This document shows, one piece after another, positions 60,476-64,000 of a stretch of 64,000 bases of DNA. Within the stretch, counting starts at the first letter, position 1, and each line of letters begins with the position of its first letter. This DNA comes from Alphaproteobacteria bacterium. GTDB lineage: Bacteria; Pseudomonadota; Alphaproteobacteria; MPNO01; UBA830. The position numbers and the translations under genes are program-made. The stretch is taken from the NCBI GenBank assembly GCA_965243135.1, contig OZ251539.1, positions 3,712,001 to 3,776,000 of the forward strand. Reading direction: 5' to 3'. The notes under the pieces are model-generated. The model saw nothing but the letters and a program-made list of their open reading frames with translations. It was not told the origin of the DNA and did not search any database.

Positions 60476-62760
60476 CCGCCCGTGCCCCGTTTTTCTGGAC
60501 TCCGCCGACAGTATTCATCCTGAAGTTCCCGAAAGAAAGCCTTGGCGGCGAGCCGGGCGCACCGCATCAGTTGCGAACGCCGCGGATTCCGCCGGCCGCC
60601 GAGGCGGCCCCCAGCGAGACGGCCTCCCCAAGGTTTTCCGGAGCGTCCTCGCGCGCGGCGAAGGTCGCCAGCACCCGGAGTTCGGCGTCCGGGGACAGGA
60701 TCTCGCGCGGCAGGTCGGGCAGTTCCCGTCCAAGACGGGCCATCAGATGAATCCGCCAGGCGACGACCATCTTGATGGCGGCGGCGCGCTGCAGGCGCTC
60801 GGCCGTCCAGTTCCCGAGTTCCTCGATCTTGCAGCCGGACTTCAGGATCCGGAAATAATCTTCGACGCGCCAGCGCAGGCCGTACCATGTCAGGATGCGC
60901 TCGGCGTCGTCGGCGTTCTCGACCGGCAGCGTCGTCAACAGGAACCATTCCAGCCGCTCTGCTTCGGCCGGCGGGTTTTCCTCGCGGACATGCACGACCG
61001 TCGCCTCGACGGGGGCCTTGCCCTTCGCCGGCAAACCGACCTTGAGGTATCGCAGCGCGACCGCGGCCTGCTCGCTTGCGCGCGCGCTCTGGCGCTCGAT
61101 CTCGAGGATCCGCTTGCCCCGCGCCGGGCTCGTCCGCACCTTGTCGAACAGCCTGTCGGCGTCGCTCTTGCAGGGAACGCGGTCCGTCTTCGCCCGCACC
61201 AGGAGTTCCATTCCCGGCGTCCGCTCGCGCCGCTCGACGAACAGGTCGACGAAGTCCGCTTCCCGGTCCATGACGCCGACCGCCTGAACGCTGTCGAGCG
61301 CCGCGGCGGCCTCGGCGCTGTCCCGAAGGCCCTGGAGCCAGCGGCACGATTCCTTCTTTTCGCGAGGCTTGTCCTTCTCCGCGCCCGGCTGCGGCGCGTC
61401 GAACGCCGCCCGCAGAACCCCCAGCGGCAGCCCTTCCGCGTTCACCGCGATCGTGGCGTGCAGGTTCTGGCTTCGCGCTCCGGCGCCGGTGCCCAATCCC
61501 TTCCCCCGCTTCGCGAAGTTCAGCGCGCTGCCGTCCTGCACGAACAGCACCGTCTTCTCCCCCTGCATCCGCCGCAGCGTCTGGCGCCGATGAGGTTGCA
61601 GAATGTTCTCTGCCGTCACCGCCTCGTCGTCCGGCGCGCCGATCAGACGGTAGTAAGCCTTGATCAAAGCTCGATTCCCCTTCGCGGCGCCCGTGAACGC
61701 CCGCATCGGCGCCTCCGCCTGGCATCGGGCGCAGGTCACCAGGCGGGCGCTCAGACGCGCATCCCCCAACTGCGCGCCGCCGAACTCCTGTTCCGCCCAG
61801 TTCTCCCGGTCCAGGCCGGCTCCGATCTCCAGCGGCGCAAGACGCGGTTCGGGAACACGCAGACGTTCCCGCCATCCCGCATCCAGTTCGTACATGTACA
61901 CCGCTTTCGGCGACTCCGTCGCCGTATGTTCCCGATCCTGCCGCCCCCGGCCGGCGGTCTCGCCGACCCGGAGCCAGCCGGCCGCCCGAAAACTCGCTCC
62001 CCCATGCCGGTCTTCCTCGATAAAGGTCTCCAGCAGATAGGGGCGGTAGCCGTAGCGCGTCTCGAAATCGTCCCCCGCCATGCATGCAACTTGCCCCAGA
62101 ACGCGCGAGGCGAGATTCCGGCATTCGATGCCCGGACGGATCAGAAAACGCGACAGGCACGCGACCCGGTGCAGGCAAGCGCGCCGCCTGTCGTCGTTCC
62201 AACCGATCCAGCGGTCGCGGCAGGCCAGCCAACGGGCGGAAGAGGCGAACCCCACGGCTCCCAGCCAGCCGTGCGCCGACCCCGCCAGATAACGTATCTG
62301 GCAGCCCACGAAAGGCCCCGCGCCGCGCGGATGCTCGTGCGCCATCAACCCGTCCCAGATCGCGCGCTGCCGCGCGTCCCTCACCAGGACCAGTTCCAAA
62401 TCCTCGACCGCGCCGACCGCGTCCGGCACGCCGCGCGCCGGCGGCACCGGATCGGCGGCGCATCGCCGGCCCTTGCGAACGGCGCGGCGCGGCGGAAGCG
62501 AAATGTGTCCTTCCGCTTCCAGCGCGATCAGCGCTTTCCGGCAAGTCACGCGCTGCCAGCGACCGCGCCCGTCCCGAAATCCGAACGCCGCGCAGACCCT
62601 GTCGACCAGCTGGCTGCGGCTGCCCCCGTCCCCGATCAGCCCTTGCAGCCGGGCGAGATCGTTCCGAAGAGTGCGGATGACTTGATTCTGGACCTCCATG
62701 TTCCGCACGGTATCGAATCAGGCTCACCGTGTCAATGCCCGATTTGCGGGGCACGGGCAG
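60476..62760 (-). mobile_element. IS4-family element with DUF4338-fused transposase
   Basis: 14-bp IRs C(C/T)GCCCGTGCCCCG; no TSD seen. Confidence 0.78.
60567..62708 (-). pseudogene. DUF4338 + IS50/Tn5-like DDE transposase, C-terminal frameshift
   Basis: RDRWIGW, NLASRVL, LLETF (DUF4338); WAEQEFG, VQDGS, MDREAD, RWRVEDYFRILKSGC. Confidence 0.78.
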
Positions 62761-62818
62761 GCGCGGCCCCGGCGTTCCGCAAGCGCCCTTCCCTGCCCGA
62801 ACGCCTGCCGCAACGGAG

Positions 62819-64000
62819 TCAGGACGGCGAGGCCTTCGGCCCGTTGTAGCGCAGAACCACGCAGGTGATGTCGTCGAACTGGGGAGCCTCTCCGGTGAAG
62901 TCGTGGACGGCCGAGACGATCTTCTCGACGTCGGCCTCCGGATTCTGTTCCGGCAGTTCGCGGACGACGTCCAGAAGGCGGTCGTCTCCGAACGCTTCGG
63001 TTTCGGCGTTGAACGCCTCGGTGACGCCGTCGGTCAACAGAACCAGCCGCGCGCCGACCTCCAGATCGACATGGGCTTCGTCGTAGCTCATCCCGGGAAA
63101 CATCGCCAGCACGATGCCGCCGGTCAGGTCGAGCGGCCTGGCGCCCTTGCTGTCGAGAACCACCGGCGGAATGTGCCCCCCGTTGGCGTAGGTGAATCGA
63201 CCGGTGGAATGGTCGAGCACGCCGTAGAAGACGGTCACGAACAGGTCTTCGGCGTTGTTCTGCACGAGGAAGTTGTTGACGTTCTCGAGAACCTGGCCCG
63301 GGCTCGCCAGATAACGCACGGTCGACTGCATCACCGTTCGCACCATCACCATGAAGAGGGCGGACGGCACTCCCTTGCCCGACACGTCGGCGACGATCAC
63401 GCCCGTGCGGTCCCCGTCGAGCGCGAAGAAATCGTAGAAGTCGCCGCCGACCTCCTTCGCCGGCTGCATCATGCCGGTGATTCCGTAGGAAGCGGAAATC
63501 GGAACGACGTCCGGCAACAGGGACAGCTGCACGCGGGCCGCGATGTCGAGCTCCTTCTGCAACGCGATGAAGGCGTTCTTCGCGGCCAGGGCGTCGCGCA
63601 ACCGCGTGTTCTGGTCCTGCACCATGTCGGACATCTTGCGGAACGCTTCCGCCGTTCTCGCGAGGCTGTCCGACTCCTGCCTGAGCGCGGCGGTGGCGCC
63701 GTCGGCCGCCGCCGCGATCGAGTCCAGGCCGCCTCCCGACGAGCGGTCGATCACGCGTTCGAGCTCTTCCAGCTCCGCCAGCACGACCTTGCGTTCGGCT
63801 TCGTCCAGCGTGTCGGCCAACTGGGTGAGCCGCTTCCGGATGAACCGCTCCTGTCTCCGGCGCTGGCGTTCGCGGGATCGGCGGAAGCTGTAGAACGAGA
63901 CCAGATTGACTCGGAACAGGTTGACGGCCTCGGAGATGCGGCCGACTTCGTCGCGCCCGCCGGCATGCTCGATCCGCGCGTTGAGGTCTCCGTGCGACAA
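62819..64000 (-). CDS. HAMP + SpoIIE/PP2C-type phosphatase (5' end outside the window)
   Basis: RDEVG HAMP, VGGDFYD, ADVSGKG, TDGVTEA, DDIT. Confidence 0.9.
   Translation of the reverse strand: MSHGDLNARIEHAGGRDEVGRISEAVNLFRVNLVSFYSFRRSRERQRRRQERFIRKRLTQLADTLDEAERKVVLAELEELERVIDRSSGGGLDSIAAAADGATAALRQESDSLARTAEAFRKMSDMVQDQNTRLRDALAAKNAFIALQKELDIAARVQLSLLPDVVPISASYGITGMMQPAKEVGGDFYDFFALDGDRTGVIVADVSGKGVPSALFMVMVRTVMQSTVRYLASPGQVLENVNNFLVQNNAEDLFVTVFYGVLDHSTGRFTYANGGHIPPVVLDSKGARPLDLTGGIVLAMFPGMSYDEAHVDLEVGARLVLLTDGVTEAFNAETEAFGDDRLLDVVRELPEQNPEADVEKIVSAVHDFTGEAPQFDDITCVVLRYNGPKASPS

Noticed and set aside
60567-62708. Druantia defence system
   Set aside because: DUF4338 is fused to a transposase inside IS ends; no DruE helicase or other dru genes.

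Overview
GC-rich alphaproteobacterial (Rhodospirillales-like, inferred from gene order) chromosome segment. An intact housekeeping backbone (NAD-GDH, MetE-like, tRNA-Gly, proX-cnoX-LON_N-Trm112-DUF971, ubiH-like, amtB, dapC-ftsK-lolA, TIGR02302-lysA-lipoprotein-argH, tlpA, pyrD, sufE, BCAT, tcuA, znuA) is interrupted by accessory patches. (1) A PARIS-like ABC-ATPase + DUF4435/TOPRIM pair; the second gene is split by an ISKra4-type element (8-bp TSD) that itself contains a nested IS (9-bp TSD). (2) A DUF262 + HEPN pair, each gene with a 1-bp frameshift. (3) A decayed IS1111 element whose 3' non-coding region contains an 8-nt match to its own flank, followed by a 2.3-copy array of structured repeat + promoter + small TM/coiled-coil ORF cassettes. 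(4) A defence-like cluster at 50-56.4 kb: AAA-nuclease, AbiE, an ABC-ATPase with an uncharacterised nuclease-like partner split by a 235-bp folded insert, and an ISAzo13 remnant. (5) An IS4 element with a DUF4338-fused transposase. All family calls come from motif recognition by eye; no database search was run.
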